From Patescibacteria group bacterium (GTDB taxonomy: Bacteria; Patescibacteriota; UBA1384; XYA2-FULL-43-10): DNA of 64,000 bases. A program made the translations under genes and the position numbers. The stretch spans positions 23,158 through 87,157 of the forward strand of contig JBAYVT010000002.1 of assembly GCA_041674405.1 (NCBI GenBank), written 5' to 3'. Positions 1 to 10,130 of the stretch are shown one piece after another. How positions within the stretch are numbered: the stretch's first letter is position 1; each line of letters starts with the position of its first letter. The notes under the pieces were generated by a model. It had not been told where the DNA came from and did no database searches. It saw nothing but the letters and a program-made list of their open reading frames with translations.

Positions 1-299
1 ACATTCCATGGGCGCACAAGCATGTTTGTAAAAAAACCATTCCAGATATCTTCTCCCAGATACAAAGAATCTGTTACCTCTATCCGGTAAATAAATGAGG
101 TAATCAAATAATAGGTGACCGTGCTTTTTAGTGAATAGCTCGCAATTTCGGCAGTCCCGGCAGTTGCATAAACCGATTTCCAAACAAGAAAGAAAATAAT
201 AAAAAAAACCATGTTAAAAAAGATCGACAAAGTAAAATCGGTCTTGTAGGCGGTGAAGCCTTTAAATTCAGTTAAAAAATGGAAATAATATTTCCTCAT
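1..299 (-). CDS. membrane protein, 5' part only; the ORF is open through the window start (ATG at 297-299, no stop before position 1)
   Basis: Hand translation of the minus strand gives about 100 stop-free codons, MRKYYFHFLTEFKGF...FFIIFFLVW..., which is hydrophobic. It is absent from the ORF track because it runs off the window edge. I saw no clear SD. Confidence 0.3.
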   Translation of the reverse strand, partial: MRKYYFHFLTEFKGFTAYKTDFTLSIFFNMVFFIIFFLVWKSVYATAGTAEIASYSLKSTVTYYLITSFIYRIEVTDSLYLGEDIWNGFFTNMLVRPWN

Positions 300-393
300 A
301 TTATCATTTTAGCACTATTAATGAGCTAGATTAATTAAGGTTAGCAAAAGATTAACTTGCCAATGCCGACGACTCCAACATCATAATCTAGCT

Positions 394-1338
394 TTATTTT
401 TCCCCTTTGCTTTCTTTCGTGCTAGCTGCTTTTGGGATCTCGGGTTTCTTAAGAGGGGCGGCTGGCTGCAGTTGGACTGGAGATTGGGGAATGTTCACTG
501 GCGCCGTTTGCTGTTTCTGGCCGGGCAAAAATGCAGAGACGATAATCAGGATAAGCCCAACTGCAAATAAACCCCCGCCTTCGGCCAAATAGAAAATGAA
601 AAAATCAGACCTAAATTTATTATAAAGATCCTGTACTAGACTGGCAAATTCTTTAATTTCAGTCATTCCGAGATTTGGCGTTGGTATATATCTTAATAAC
701 AATGATGCAAGCAATGTCAAGATGCCAAAAATCAAAAGGGCGATCCCTGGGATTCGCAATTTTCCTTTCCAGTTTGGCCACATTGCTGCCGAAAGGAGCA
801 ACAAGAGAGTCACTATTCCCAAATAAAGCGGTGCTGTGACATGGCGTTTGCCGATGATTTTTTGCGCCTGCTCCAACTCCGGTGGAACTGGGATAACATA
901 TTTTTCCTTAATTTGATTGATGAATTCTGAGTCTTGGGATGAAAGTTTTTGGATAGAGAAAGCCTGTTTGATAAGCGACAAGTCGATCGTCATCGTCTTG
1001 CTTCCTTTGTCGAGAACATTATTGAAGATCTCGTTTATGTTGTTTTCAACAGTAGTTTTGACTATCTCCGGGGAAATCATTGACATTACATGGGCTATAT
1101 ATTCATCACTTTGAGGTCCAGAATCCATGTTTTGATCCCCACCTTCCTTTTGTGCCAGATAATTCGTGATGGTGCGTGGATCAATTTTCATTAAACGGTT
1201 ATAAAAATCAACCTTTTCGAATGCGTTTTTATAGTATGTAGGACTTAATATTGTCCGCTCGGAATTAAAATAAAACAGTGCTGCCGGAAAAGTCAGGATA
1301 AATATAACCAAGAGCAAAATCGATAGAAATTTACGCAT
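394..1338 (-). CDS. hypothetical membrane protein (N-terminal TM/signal, internal TM pair, Pro/Lys-rich C-terminus)
   Basis: 314-aa ORF. N-terminus MRKFLSILLLVIFILTFPAALF, TM pair near residue 180-215, C-terminal PVNIPQSPVQLQPAAPLKKPEIPK. No recognisable catalytic motif. Confidence 0.5.
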   Translation of the reverse strand: MRKFLSILLLVIFILTFPAALFYFNSERTILSPTYYKNAFEKVDFYNRLMKIDPRTITNYLAQKEGGDQNMDSGPQSDEYIAHVMSMISPEIVKTTVENNINEIFNNVLDKGSKTMTIDLSLIKQAFSIQKLSSQDSEFINQIKEKYVIPVPPELEQAQKIIGKRHVTAPLYLGIVTLLLLLSAAMWPNWKGKLRIPGIALLIFGILTLLASLLLRYIPTPNLGMTEIKEFASLVQDLYNKFRSDFFIFYLAEGGGLFAVGLILIIVSAFLPGQKQQTAPVNIPQSPVQLQPAAPLKKPEIPKAASTKESKGEK

Positions 1339-1442
1339 AACCCCTCAACTTTCTAGTCCTTAGATAGTAGTCCTTAGTCTATTTTATCACTCAGGCTATT
1401 TGTTTGCTACATTACAGACTATGAACAACCGGCTTCGGACTC

Positions 1443-1477
1443 GCACTTAATTCTGGACGCAAGTCCAGATTAAGTGC
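1443..1477. promoter_or_regulatory. 35-bp near-perfect inverted repeat (gcacttaattctggac-gcaa-gtccagattaagtgc) in the divergent intergenic region upstream of eno
   Basis: Seen in sequence. 15-16-bp arms with one indel. Operator-like, or an RNA hairpin in the eno 5' UTR. Confidence 0.3.
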
Positions 1478-1586
1478 TATATTACCAAAGTGACGATCAC
1501 ATTTTTGATCGTAATTGCGAATCCCGAGCCCGTCGAGGGTGAAGCAATCTTTGCAAAGATCGCCACGGCTTATAGCCTCGCGATGA

Positions 1587-2894
<1,308 letters not shown>

Positions 2895-2910
2895 CACCGA
2901 AAAGGTGACT

Positions 2911-3573
2911 ATGCAGCCACGAGACGATAAATTCATCTACACCGACGGAATCGACTATTCCAAGACGTCTGCGGATTCCGTTTGGGGAACTGAAGAGAAA
3001 ATCACGTCGAAAATTATTGACGAAACTGTTACTTCAGGAAAATGGCTAAATCTTTGTGCTGGCGATGGACGGTTCAACAATCGCCTTCTTTCACTCGCCA
3101 ATCAGGTTATCGCAGCAGATATTGATGAAAGCGCATTAGAAAAATTGACAAGAATCACGCCAAAAGAGTTGGAAAAAAAACTTAAGACAAAGATACTGAA
3201 TGTGACCGAGAAATTTCCATTCAAAGATGCGGAGTTTGACGGAATATTCTGCTCCGGCACATTACACCTGTTCCCTGAGGATATTCTTCGCAAAATCTTC
3301 AATGAAATGGATCGGGTGCTAAAGCCAAATGGTAAAATAGTCATTGATTATGCAGCCGATATTCGAAGAGAATACCCGAACGGTTCGCTCTGGGTAATCG
3401 AAAACGAGCCCAATTATTCTCTCAAAGACGCCAAAGAATTGCTTTCAAAAATGTTTTCAAACTATTTAGTGGAAATGTTCGCTGACAAATCAGAGCCAGA
3501 AAGAGTGTCGTTTAACAACAAAGAATATCAATTTTCCTCCAATTTCATTTTAATCAGAGCACGGAAAAAATGA
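2911..3573 (+). CDS. class I SAM-dependent methyltransferase
   Basis: Motif I-like LNLCAGDGRFNNRLLSLANQVIAADID, then LKPNGKIVIDY. The track ORF starts at 2743 inside eno. I prefer the ATG at 2911, which is preceded by aaaagg. Confidence 0.65.
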   Translation: MQPRDDKFIYTDGIDYSKTSADSVWGTEEKITSKIIDETVTSGKWLNLCAGDGRFNNRLLSLANQVIAADIDESALEKLTRITPKELEKKLKTKILNVTEKFPFKDAEFDGIFCSGTLHLFPEDILRKIFNEMDRVLKPNGKIVIDYAADIRREYPNGSLWVIENEPNYSLKDAKELLSKMFSNYLVEMFADKSEPERVSFNNKEYQFSSNFILIRARKK

Positions 3574-5057
3574 CCAAGCCAAAAGTCATTTTAATCATTT
3601 TGGATGGGTGGGGAATCGGCGAAAAGGATGAAGATAACGCCATTCACCTCGCTAAGACTCCTAATTTCGATAAACTCTGGGAGTCTTTTTCTCATGGCAA
3701 GATAAAGACCTCCGGCGTTGCTGTTGGTTTGCCGGCAGGGCAAATGGGCAATTCCGAAGTAGGCCACCTAACTATCGGCTCCGGTAGAGTAATTGATACT
3801 GATCTTGTCAAAATTTCTAAATCGGCAGAAAGAGGAGAGTTCTCCGCAAATCACGCATTTAAATCCGTATTTGACCATGTGAAAAAGTATGATAGCATCT
3901 TACACATTCAAGGTTTGATCGGTCCAGGTGGCGTTCATTCTCATTCCAACCATTTACTTGCAATCCTCAAGGCAGCAAAAGCTACGGGCATTGAAAAAAT
4001 TGCACTCCATGCATTTACCGATGGCCGCGACACAGACGCCAAAAGTGCGAACAAATATCTAAAAGAGTTAGAAAATGCTATTGAGGAAATCGGCGTTGGC
4101 TTTATAGCTACGGCAGTCGGCCGGTTTTATGCCATGGATCGCGATGATAATTGGGATCGTTTGAAAGTTGCCGAGGATGCGATCTTCGGCGGAGTTGCAA
4201 AAACGGTTGTCCGTAAAAAACCATCCGAAATTATGGAGGAATTATATGAATCAGGCATCACCGATGAACATATCGAACCGCACATTTTTCTAGATGAAAA
4301 AGGCAATGGTTATAAAATTGGAAAAAATGACGGTGTCATATTTATTAATTTCCGCGCTGATAGAGCCAGAATGTTTTCGAAAAAAATTCTCGAAAAACAG
4401 GAGGAACTCAATCTGTTTTTTGTCACTATGACTGACTACGGCAAAGATATTGATAGCGTCATCGCTTTCCCGCCAGATAACATTGAAGATACTTTGGCCG
4501 ATATTATTTCTGAAAATAATCTTACCCAATCTCACATTGCTGAGACCGAAAAATTTGCGCATGCAACCTATTTTCTAAACGGCGGCGTCGAAGATGAACA
4601 CAAAGACGAAAAGTTTATTCTGATCGAGAGCCGCAAAGATATAAAAACCCATGACCTTGCTCCCGGCATGCGAGCTTCTGAAATTGCTGATACAACCGTC
4701 GAAGAAATTCAGAAGGGGAGAGATTTTATCTTCGTAAACTTCGCCAATCCCGACATGGTCGGCCACACAGCGGTAAAAAAAGCGGTTATTGAAGCAATTG
4801 AGACAACCGACCGAGAGCTCGGAAAACTGGTAGAGACAGCACAAGAAAAAAAGTATGAGATCGTCATATCCGCCGATCATGGAAATGCCGAAGCTCCCGA
4901 TACTGCCCACACTGTGAATCCCGTCCCCTTGATCTATATTGGCGAAAAGTATTCTAAAGTATCTAATGGCGCCCTTTCCGACATTGCGCCAACAGTTCTT
5001 CAACTTCTCGAAATCAATAAGCCCTCGCGTATGACCGGTAAGGGCTTATTGAATTAA
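3570..5057 (+). CDS. gpmI: 2,3-bisphosphoglycerate-independent phosphoglycerate mutase
   Basis: 495 aa. N-terminus MTKPKVILIILDGWGIGEKDEDNAIHLAKTPNFDKL. ADHGNAE near the C-terminus. ATGA overlap with the upstream MTase. Confidence 0.9.
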   Translation: MTKPKVILIILDGWGIGEKDEDNAIHLAKTPNFDKLWESFSHGKIKTSGVAVGLPAGQMGNSEVGHLTIGSGRVIDTDLVKISKSAERGEFSANHAFKSVFDHVKKYDSILHIQGLIGPGGVHSHSNHLLAILKAAKATGIEKIALHAFTDGRDTDAKSANKYLKELENAIEEIGVGFIATAVGRFYAMDRDDNWDRLKVAEDAIFGGVAKTVVRKKPSEIMEELYESGITDEHIEPHIFLDEKGNGYKIGKNDGVIFINFRADRARMFSKKILEKQEELNLFFVTMTDYGKDIDSVIAFPPDNIEDTLADIISENNLTQSHIAETEKFAHATYFLNGGVEDEHKDEKFILIESRKDIKTHDLAPGMRASEIADTTVEEIQKGRDFIFVNFANPDMVGHTAVKKAVIEAIETTDRELGKLVETAQEKKYEIVISADHGNAEAPDTAHTVNPVPLIYIGEKYSKVSNGALSDIAPTVLQLLEINKPSRMTGKGLLN

Positions 5058-5069
5058 CTATCTCAAGAA

Positions 5070-5240
5070 TTATTCTACCTGCTTATTTGCGGCTTTTTTC
5101 TCCTGGCAACCGCAGGTGCAATCCGGGCCACATGTACAACAATGGATACATGTAGGCTCTTCATGACACGAACATTTTGCATTCTCATCTAGAGGCATAC
5201 CGCATGCCACACACTTTTCCGGTTCACTAGATTCTGACAT
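5070..5240 (-). CDS. cysteine-rich micro-protein (56 aa, 12 Cys), putative metal-binding
   Basis: Hand translation: MSESSEPEKCVACGMPLDENAKCSCHEEPTCIHCCTCGPDCTCGCQEKKAANKQVE. AAGGAGA SD 5 nt upstream of the ATG. Below the 60-aa cut-off of the ORF track. Confidence 0.5.
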   Translation of the reverse strand: MSESSEPEKCVACGMPLDENAKCSCHEEPTCIHCCTCGPDCTCGCQEKKAANKQVE

Positions 5241-5283
5241 ATTTCTCCTTTACCCCGAGCGAAGTCGAGGGGTTTGCCCCGAG

Positions 5284-5303
5284 CCTGCCTGCCGACAGGC
5301 AGG
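5284..5303. other. hairpin cctgcctg-ccga-caggcagg embedded in a short repeat-rich spacer (two copies each of ccccgagc and tcgaggggttt)
   Basis: Seen in sequence between the SET gene stop and the micro-protein start. Confidence 0.3.
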
Positions 5304-5340
5304 TAAAATCGAGGGGTTTTTAATTGCGACTTAATTTTAT

Positions 5341-5730
5341 CTAATTCCGCAAGAAAAAACCACGGCAATTCTCACTACCGCAATTGCATGGCATCTTTTC
5401 TCCGCCCTGTTCTGTTTTATTGTAATCACAAGTAATTTCATCACCGGTGGAAATTGGTTTTAAGGCATTTAGACAAACTTCATCTCCAAGAATCAGTTCC
5501 GCTTTCGGATCGCAAGAATGGTTCATATAGTTCAAAATTTCCGGATCGTCTACAAATTTATTTTTACCAATTTTTGCGTATCCAGACTTTGGTTTCGAAT
5601 GAATATTATCCATCGGCACATCATAAAATTTTTTTCCAGCAGCAATATTCTCTGTCGCAAAAATTCCAATGCCATGGATTTTACTTTGAGCTTTTTTCAT
5701 CGATAAGCCGTTCTGTATATCCTGAATCAA
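5341..5730 (-). CDS. SET-domain protein (putative protein lysine methyltransferase) with post-SET CxCxxxxC
   Basis: HGIGIFATENI, NHSCDPKAEL (NHSCxPN motif), GDEITCDY, C-terminal CNCGSENC. The start could instead be the internal M at about 5700. Confidence 0.75.
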   Translation of the reverse strand: MIQDIQNGLSMKKAQSKIHGIGIFATENIAAGKKFYDVPMDNIHSKPKSGYAKIGKNKFVDDPEILNYMNHSCDPKAELILGDEVCLNALKPISTGDEITCDYNKTEQGGEKMPCNCGSENCRGFFLRN

Positions 5731-6331
5731 TTAATTCGCGAAAAGCTTTCAGGACCTTGTTGGGTACATCCTGATAAATCTGAAAACCCATTTTGGGATA
5801 TTCGATTATCCTCTGCAAATCACCAACCATAATATTTATGAGATAATCTTGCGGATAATTTTCGTCAGCATAATCAATAAAGTCAATTTTGGGCGAAGTT
5901 ACCACAAATTCCTTTCCAGGCCATTGCTTTGCAAATGTAGCGTAAGTTCTACGTTCCATATAAGGCTTCTGAACAATGATGAATGAATCAATCTTCAAAT
6001 TCTTTTTGTCCAATAATTTCCGAGTGAACTGAATATTCTCGCCAGTGTTGGTAGATTTGTTTTCGATAATAATCTTGTCTTTCGAAACTCCCATGCCAAT
6101 AGCGATGTCGGCAAAAATTTCTGCTTCAGATTTTTCAAAAGACCGCACGCCGTGACTACCTGAGAATATTAGCAAAGGAGCATATTTATCAAGAAACAGA
6201 TCGGCGGCTCTTTTGGCTACACGTTTGTCATGAGACCCCAAAGCCAAAATAGCGTCAGCTTTTTTAAGCTTCTGATTCATCAACATGTAATCCCAAATTA
6301 TTTGGGCATTCTCGATAATTTCTGCAGGCAT
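5681..6331 (-). CDS. DUF218/YdcF (ElyC/SanA-like) family protein
   Basis: ENKSTNTGENIQFTRKLL core motif. ALGSHDKR near the N-terminus. Confidence 0.6.
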   Translation of the reverse strand: MPAEIIENAQIIWDYMLMNQKLKKADAILALGSHDKRVAKRAADLFLDKYAPLLIFSGSHGVRSFEKSEAEIFADIAIGMGVSKDKIIIENKSTNTGENIQFTRKLLDKKNLKIDSFIIVQKPYMERRTYATFAKQWPGKEFVVTSPKIDFIDYADENYPQDYLINIMVGDLQRIIEYPKMGFQIYQDVPNKVLKAFRELIDSGYTERLIDEKSSK

Positions 6332-7516
6332 TTATTGTTTTAATTTGCCGCCCTTTATTCCCATCTTCGAGGAATTAAGGCCAGACAAGAGAGCTGATTT
6401 AAATGTATGGGTGAAATCTTTCTTTGCCGCGTGCTTCTCTTCAGCAAATTTAATAAGCTTTGATAAAAGATCGTGGAGTGGCACTCCGCTTTTCTCCCAG
6501 AGGTGGTGATAAACGGTGCCAGGCAGGGGATTGATCTCATTTGCAAAAACTTCGTTAGTTTTTTTATCAAGAAGAAAATCGACCCGGGCAATCCCACAAC
6601 AACCAACAGAAGTATATACTTTTTTCGCCATTTCCTGAATCTTCTTTGTCATTCCCCTATCAAGGCGCGCAGGGATTACCAGCCCCGATTCCGCTTTCCC
6701 GAGCTGTGCGCCACCATCTTTTAGGTACTTTTCCTCGAAATCAAAAAGTTCTGCCTGAAAAACAGATTCTTGCAGTTCTGAAGCCGTTAAATCATCGTTG
6801 CCAATAATGCAGCAAGTCACATCCATAAGGTTGTCGACCCCCTCTTCAACCAAGACTTTGTCATCGTAATAAAGCGCGACTTCAATTTTATTTTCTAGAT
6901 CCTTCTCATCCTTCACTTTCGCAATGCCGATTGAGGATCCAAGATGTACGGGTTTCACAAAAACCGGCCATTTCATTTTTTGGATTCGATCGACAATGAA
7001 TTTTTTATTCGAATCCCAATCTTTTTTACGGAAAACTCCATATTTAGTTGTCGGAATTCCATTTACTTCACAAAGTTGCTTGGTAAGTGCTTTATCCATT
7101 GAAATTGCCGAGGACGCCACATCACAACCGACGTAGGGAACATCCAACATCTCAAACAATCCCTGTATTGTCCCATCCTCGCCATATGCTCCATGAAAAG
7201 CCGGAAAAGCGAGATCGATTGTGATCGATTTCCCAACAATCCCCTTTTTCTTAAAGACCATTTTCCCGCGCGAATTCTGAAGGTCGAGAAGGTATTGTTT
7301 GAAGGAGGTTTTTTCTTCTATCCTCACCTTGGGATCGGTAAAACTGGCAAGTTTGCCCAAAGATTCATCAATCATCCATTCACCATCGCGCGTGATATAT
7401 ACTGGAACTACATCATACCCTAGTCCACAAAGTCCGGAAATTATCAACTGGCCGGTAATAATTGAAACATCGTGCTCGGTACTCCGGCTGCCAAAGAATA
7501 CACCAATTGTTTTCAT
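6332..7516 (-). CDS. ddl: D-alanine--D-alanine ligase
   Basis: MKTIGVFFGSRSTEHDVSI, ATP-grasp motifs, ARVDFLLD...ANEINPLPG. Start moved to the ATG at 7514-7516, which has an AGGAGA SD. The track ORF extends 53 aa further upstream. Confidence 0.85.
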   Translation of the reverse strand: MKTIGVFFGSRSTEHDVSIITGQLIISGLCGLGYDVVPVYITRDGEWMIDESLGKLASFTDPKVRIEEKTSFKQYLLDLQNSRGKMVFKKKGIVGKSITIDLAFPAFHGAYGEDGTIQGLFEMLDVPYVGCDVASSAISMDKALTKQLCEVNGIPTTKYGVFRKKDWDSNKKFIVDRIQKMKWPVFVKPVHLGSSIGIAKVKDEKDLENKIEVALYYDDKVLVEEGVDNLMDVTCCIIGNDDLTASELQESVFQAELFDFEEKYLKDGGAQLGKAESGLVIPARLDRGMTKKIQEMAKKVYTSVGCCGIARVDFLLDKKTNEVFANEINPLPGTVYHHLWEKSGVPLHDLLSKLIKFAEEKHAAKKDFTHTFKSALLSGLNSSKMGIKGGKLKQ

Positions 7517-7526
7517 GTTTCTCCTT

Positions 7527-8909
7527 TTAGATGTGCTGATCTCCCCAATCATTTTGAAAAAGTATAACATCACCCGGTTGTAGAATCTTGGATAATGAAT
7601 CATGCGCCGATTTCGCCGTTTCGTGCCAGATAATATTTTTATCGTCAAAACCAGCATTTTTAAGTCCTTCGGCAATATATGGGGTCGCGCTATTTTTAAT
7701 AAGAATTACCTTGTCGGCAACCGCTGATAATTTTTTGCCAATTTCGGTGTGAACATTTTTATTTTGGCTGCCGGACTCAACCAAACCAGGAGTGATGAAC
7801 AATTTACGCCTATCAGTAAATGTTGCAAGTACTTTGATTGCCTCTGTTACCCCTTGGGGGTTGCCGTTGTAGCTGTCATCAATCACAAGAACACCACCAG
7901 CACCCATGATTGGCTCAAGTCGGTGATTGACCGGTTTGATTTCGGAGATACCTCGTTTGATTTCAGCATTTTCCATACCAAGAGATTTTGCTACAAGATT
8001 GGCAGCTTGAACATCACCCAAAATGTATTCGCCCAGAATAGGAATCTCAATTTCTCCCAGCTCTGCAATCTCCGCTTTCCAGTGTAATTTGTCCACATCA
8101 AACTTTTTTGCTTTAACATCATTCGTGCTGAAGAATTTGACTTCTCTTGTACTGCAGTATTTTTCGTAATATTTTTTCACATTTTCATCATCGGCGTTTA
8201 AAAACACTCTGGCATTAGGTTTTGCATTTTCCACCGCTTCGAAAATTGTCGCGGCAATTCTCTCGATGCTGCCAATCCGCTCAAAGTGTGCCTCGTTGAT
8301 ACCGCTAATAACTTGAATATCTGGAGGAAAGATCCCGGCAATTCGTTTATTATCACCTTGATATTCTTCTCCAAATTCAACAATTAACATCTCTGAAGTT
8401 TTCTTATAATTTTTGATTATCCACGAGCTCATGCCAACAGCAGTATTGATGCTTTCACCCGGTGCCAACACCTTATATTTTTGCTTGAGCACAGATTCTA
8501 TTACGTTTTTAAGTGTAGTCTTACCGTAACTGCCGGCGATGCCGATAATTTTCAGCTTGGAATTTTTGACCAAATTCCGTGCTCGATTCATAACTATCTT
8601 CTTGGCCACATAATCAAAAGGGCTTAAAATCAGCAGCGAAAGCGTAAAATATATCGGCGCAATAAAAAACGAAATTATTATCCAGATAACGCCAGCCAAT
8701 GTCCCGAGTGTTAAAAATAGGTAGGTCGATACCGCAAAAATCGCGAACGAAAGAAGTGCCAGAAGCATTATTTTCTTTGTCCATACTAATCTTTTTCGAA
8801 GCGGTACATTTGCTTTATAAAACCCGCGGCGAAACAAAAGCCGAAAGTACCGAATTATTTCGTAATTCTCAATTTGCAAAAGATAAAGCTGATATGTAAG
8901 TGGATTCAT
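7527..8909 (-). CDS. murF: Mur ligase family protein (MurF-like) with an N-terminal multi-TM segment
   Basis: GIAGSYGKTT P-loop and DDSYNGNP motif. The N-terminal ~105 aa are hydrophobic (2-3 predicted TM helices) instead of a canonical MurF N-domain. Confidence 0.65.
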   Translation of the reverse strand: MNPLTYQLYLLQIENYEIIRYFRLLFRRGFYKANVPLRKRLVWTKKIMLLALLSFAIFAVSTYLFLTLGTLAGVIWIIISFFIAPIYFTLSLLILSPFDYVAKKIVMNRARNLVKNSKLKIIGIAGSYGKTTLKNVIESVLKQKYKVLAPGESINTAVGMSSWIIKNYKKTSEMLIVEFGEEYQGDNKRIAGIFPPDIQVISGINEAHFERIGSIERIAATIFEAVENAKPNARVFLNADDENVKKYYEKYCSTREVKFFSTNDVKAKKFDVDKLHWKAEIAELGEIEIPILGEYILGDVQAANLVAKSLGMENAEIKRGISEIKPVNHRLEPIMGAGGVLVIDDSYNGNPQGVTEAIKVLATFTDRRKLFITPGLVESGSQNKNVHTEIGKKLSAVADKVILIKNSATPYIAEGLKNAGFDDKNIIWHETAKSAHDSLSKILQPGDVILFQNDWGDQHI

Positions 8910-9658
8910 TCTATAAATTCGTTTAGTAATTTAGTAAATTCTGCCGGCTTCTCCAAGAAACTAAAATGGCCGGCATTTTTGACAATTTCGAGACGTGAAT
9001 CTTTTATTTTTTTATGTATTACTCTTGCGTCTTCGATCGGCGTAGATTCATCATCTTCTCCCCAAACAACTAATGTCGGTGCATCAATTTTTGAAAGAAA
9101 AACGCTCAAGTCTTCGCTGATAAGATTTTTGTAGGTCTCCCTAAGTTCGGACGTTTCAAGATAGTCCTCAGAACCAATCCGTTTATAAATTAATTTTCTC
9201 AGCCCTTGCATAAACTTTGGTTTGAAAAATGGCTTGGCAATTTTTGCCATTCGATTATAATTGTCAGCCTTCGGTGATCTAATGCCTGCGCTATCGACTA
9301 GGACTAATCGAGATACCAGATCAGAATATTCAACGGAGAGTTTGATCGCAATCCGACCGCCGAATGAATGTCCGACGATAATCACTTTTTCACACCCAAG
9401 CTTGTCAATCAATCCAGCGACGACTTTTGCATAATCGGACACGGTAAAGACCGTACTTGGCTTCGGTGAAGATCCAAATCCCGGTAGATCAACAAGATAA
9501 ATTGAAAATAAATTCTGATCAATCGAGTCGGCAACATTTTTCCAAACCATGCCATCCGATCTCCAGCCATGCAAAAAAACAATGGCTTTTTTGCCAGTGC
9601 CAAATTTGTAATACGATACTAGCGTTCCACCAATATTAAGCTGCTCTTTCATAGCCAA
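8906..9658 (-). CDS. alpha/beta hydrolase
   Basis: GHSFGG nucleophile elbow. HGW oxyanion region. Confidence 0.7.
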   Translation of the reverse strand: MAMKEQLNIGGTLVSYYKFGTGKKAIVFLHGWRSDGMVWKNVADSIDQNLFSIYLVDLPGFGSSPKPSTVFTVSDYAKVVAGLIDKLGCEKVIIVGHSFGGRIAIKLSVEYSDLVSRLVLVDSAGIRSPKADNYNRMAKIAKPFFKPKFMQGLRKLIYKRIGSEDYLETSELRETYKNLISEDLSVFLSKIDAPTLVVWGEDDESTPIEDARVIHKKIKDSRLEIVKNAGHFSFLEKPAEFTKLLNEFIE

Positions 9659-9710
9659 AATTATAGCAAAAATTGGCCAAAATAGCCATTATTTATGGCA
9701 AAGAAGCAAA

Positions 9711-10130
9711 TCAAAGTTTCGTTAGATATTCGAGCACTTTTGGATGGATTGAGGTTGTAAAATATTTTGTAACTTCTGTCGGCTTTATCCACATAAGTTC
9801 TTTGAATGATTCCCCGGCTTGCTCCATCCCCTCATATGGCTCACAAAGATAATAGATCGAAAGAAATTCCTGTTTTTCCGGATAGGTTTTGGCAAAAACG
9901 ACTTCTTTAACGCGAACTTCAATTCCGGTTTTCTTTTTAACTTCTTTAATCAGACTGAATTCCAAATCTTCCTCATAACCCGGTCTGCCACCAGGAAAAC
10001 ACCATGAAAGCTTAGGAATGTTAGGGTCATTTTCACGCTTACCAATCAAAATCTTTTTTTGTTTCTCGTCGTAAACTATCGCCAACAAATTCACTACAAA
10101 TACTCCTTTTCCAAAAATATTGAAATCCAT
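9711..10130 (-). CDS. NUDIX hydrolase
   Basis: Nudix box GGRPGYEEDLEFSLIKEVKKKTGI. Confidence 0.7.
   Translation of the reverse strand: MDFNIFGKGVFVVNLLAIVYDEKQKKILIGKRENDPNIPKLSWCFPGGRPGYEEDLEFSLIKEVKKKTGIEVRVKEVVFAKTYPEKQEFLSIYYLCEPYEGMEQAGESFKELMWIKPTEVTKYFTTSIHPKVLEYLTKL

Noticed and set aside
7517-7675. 53-aa N-terminal extension of ddl in the ORF track
   Set aside because: The canonical Ddl N-terminus (MKTIGVFFG) starts at the ATG at 7514-7516, which has an AGGAGA SD. The extension would overlap murF.
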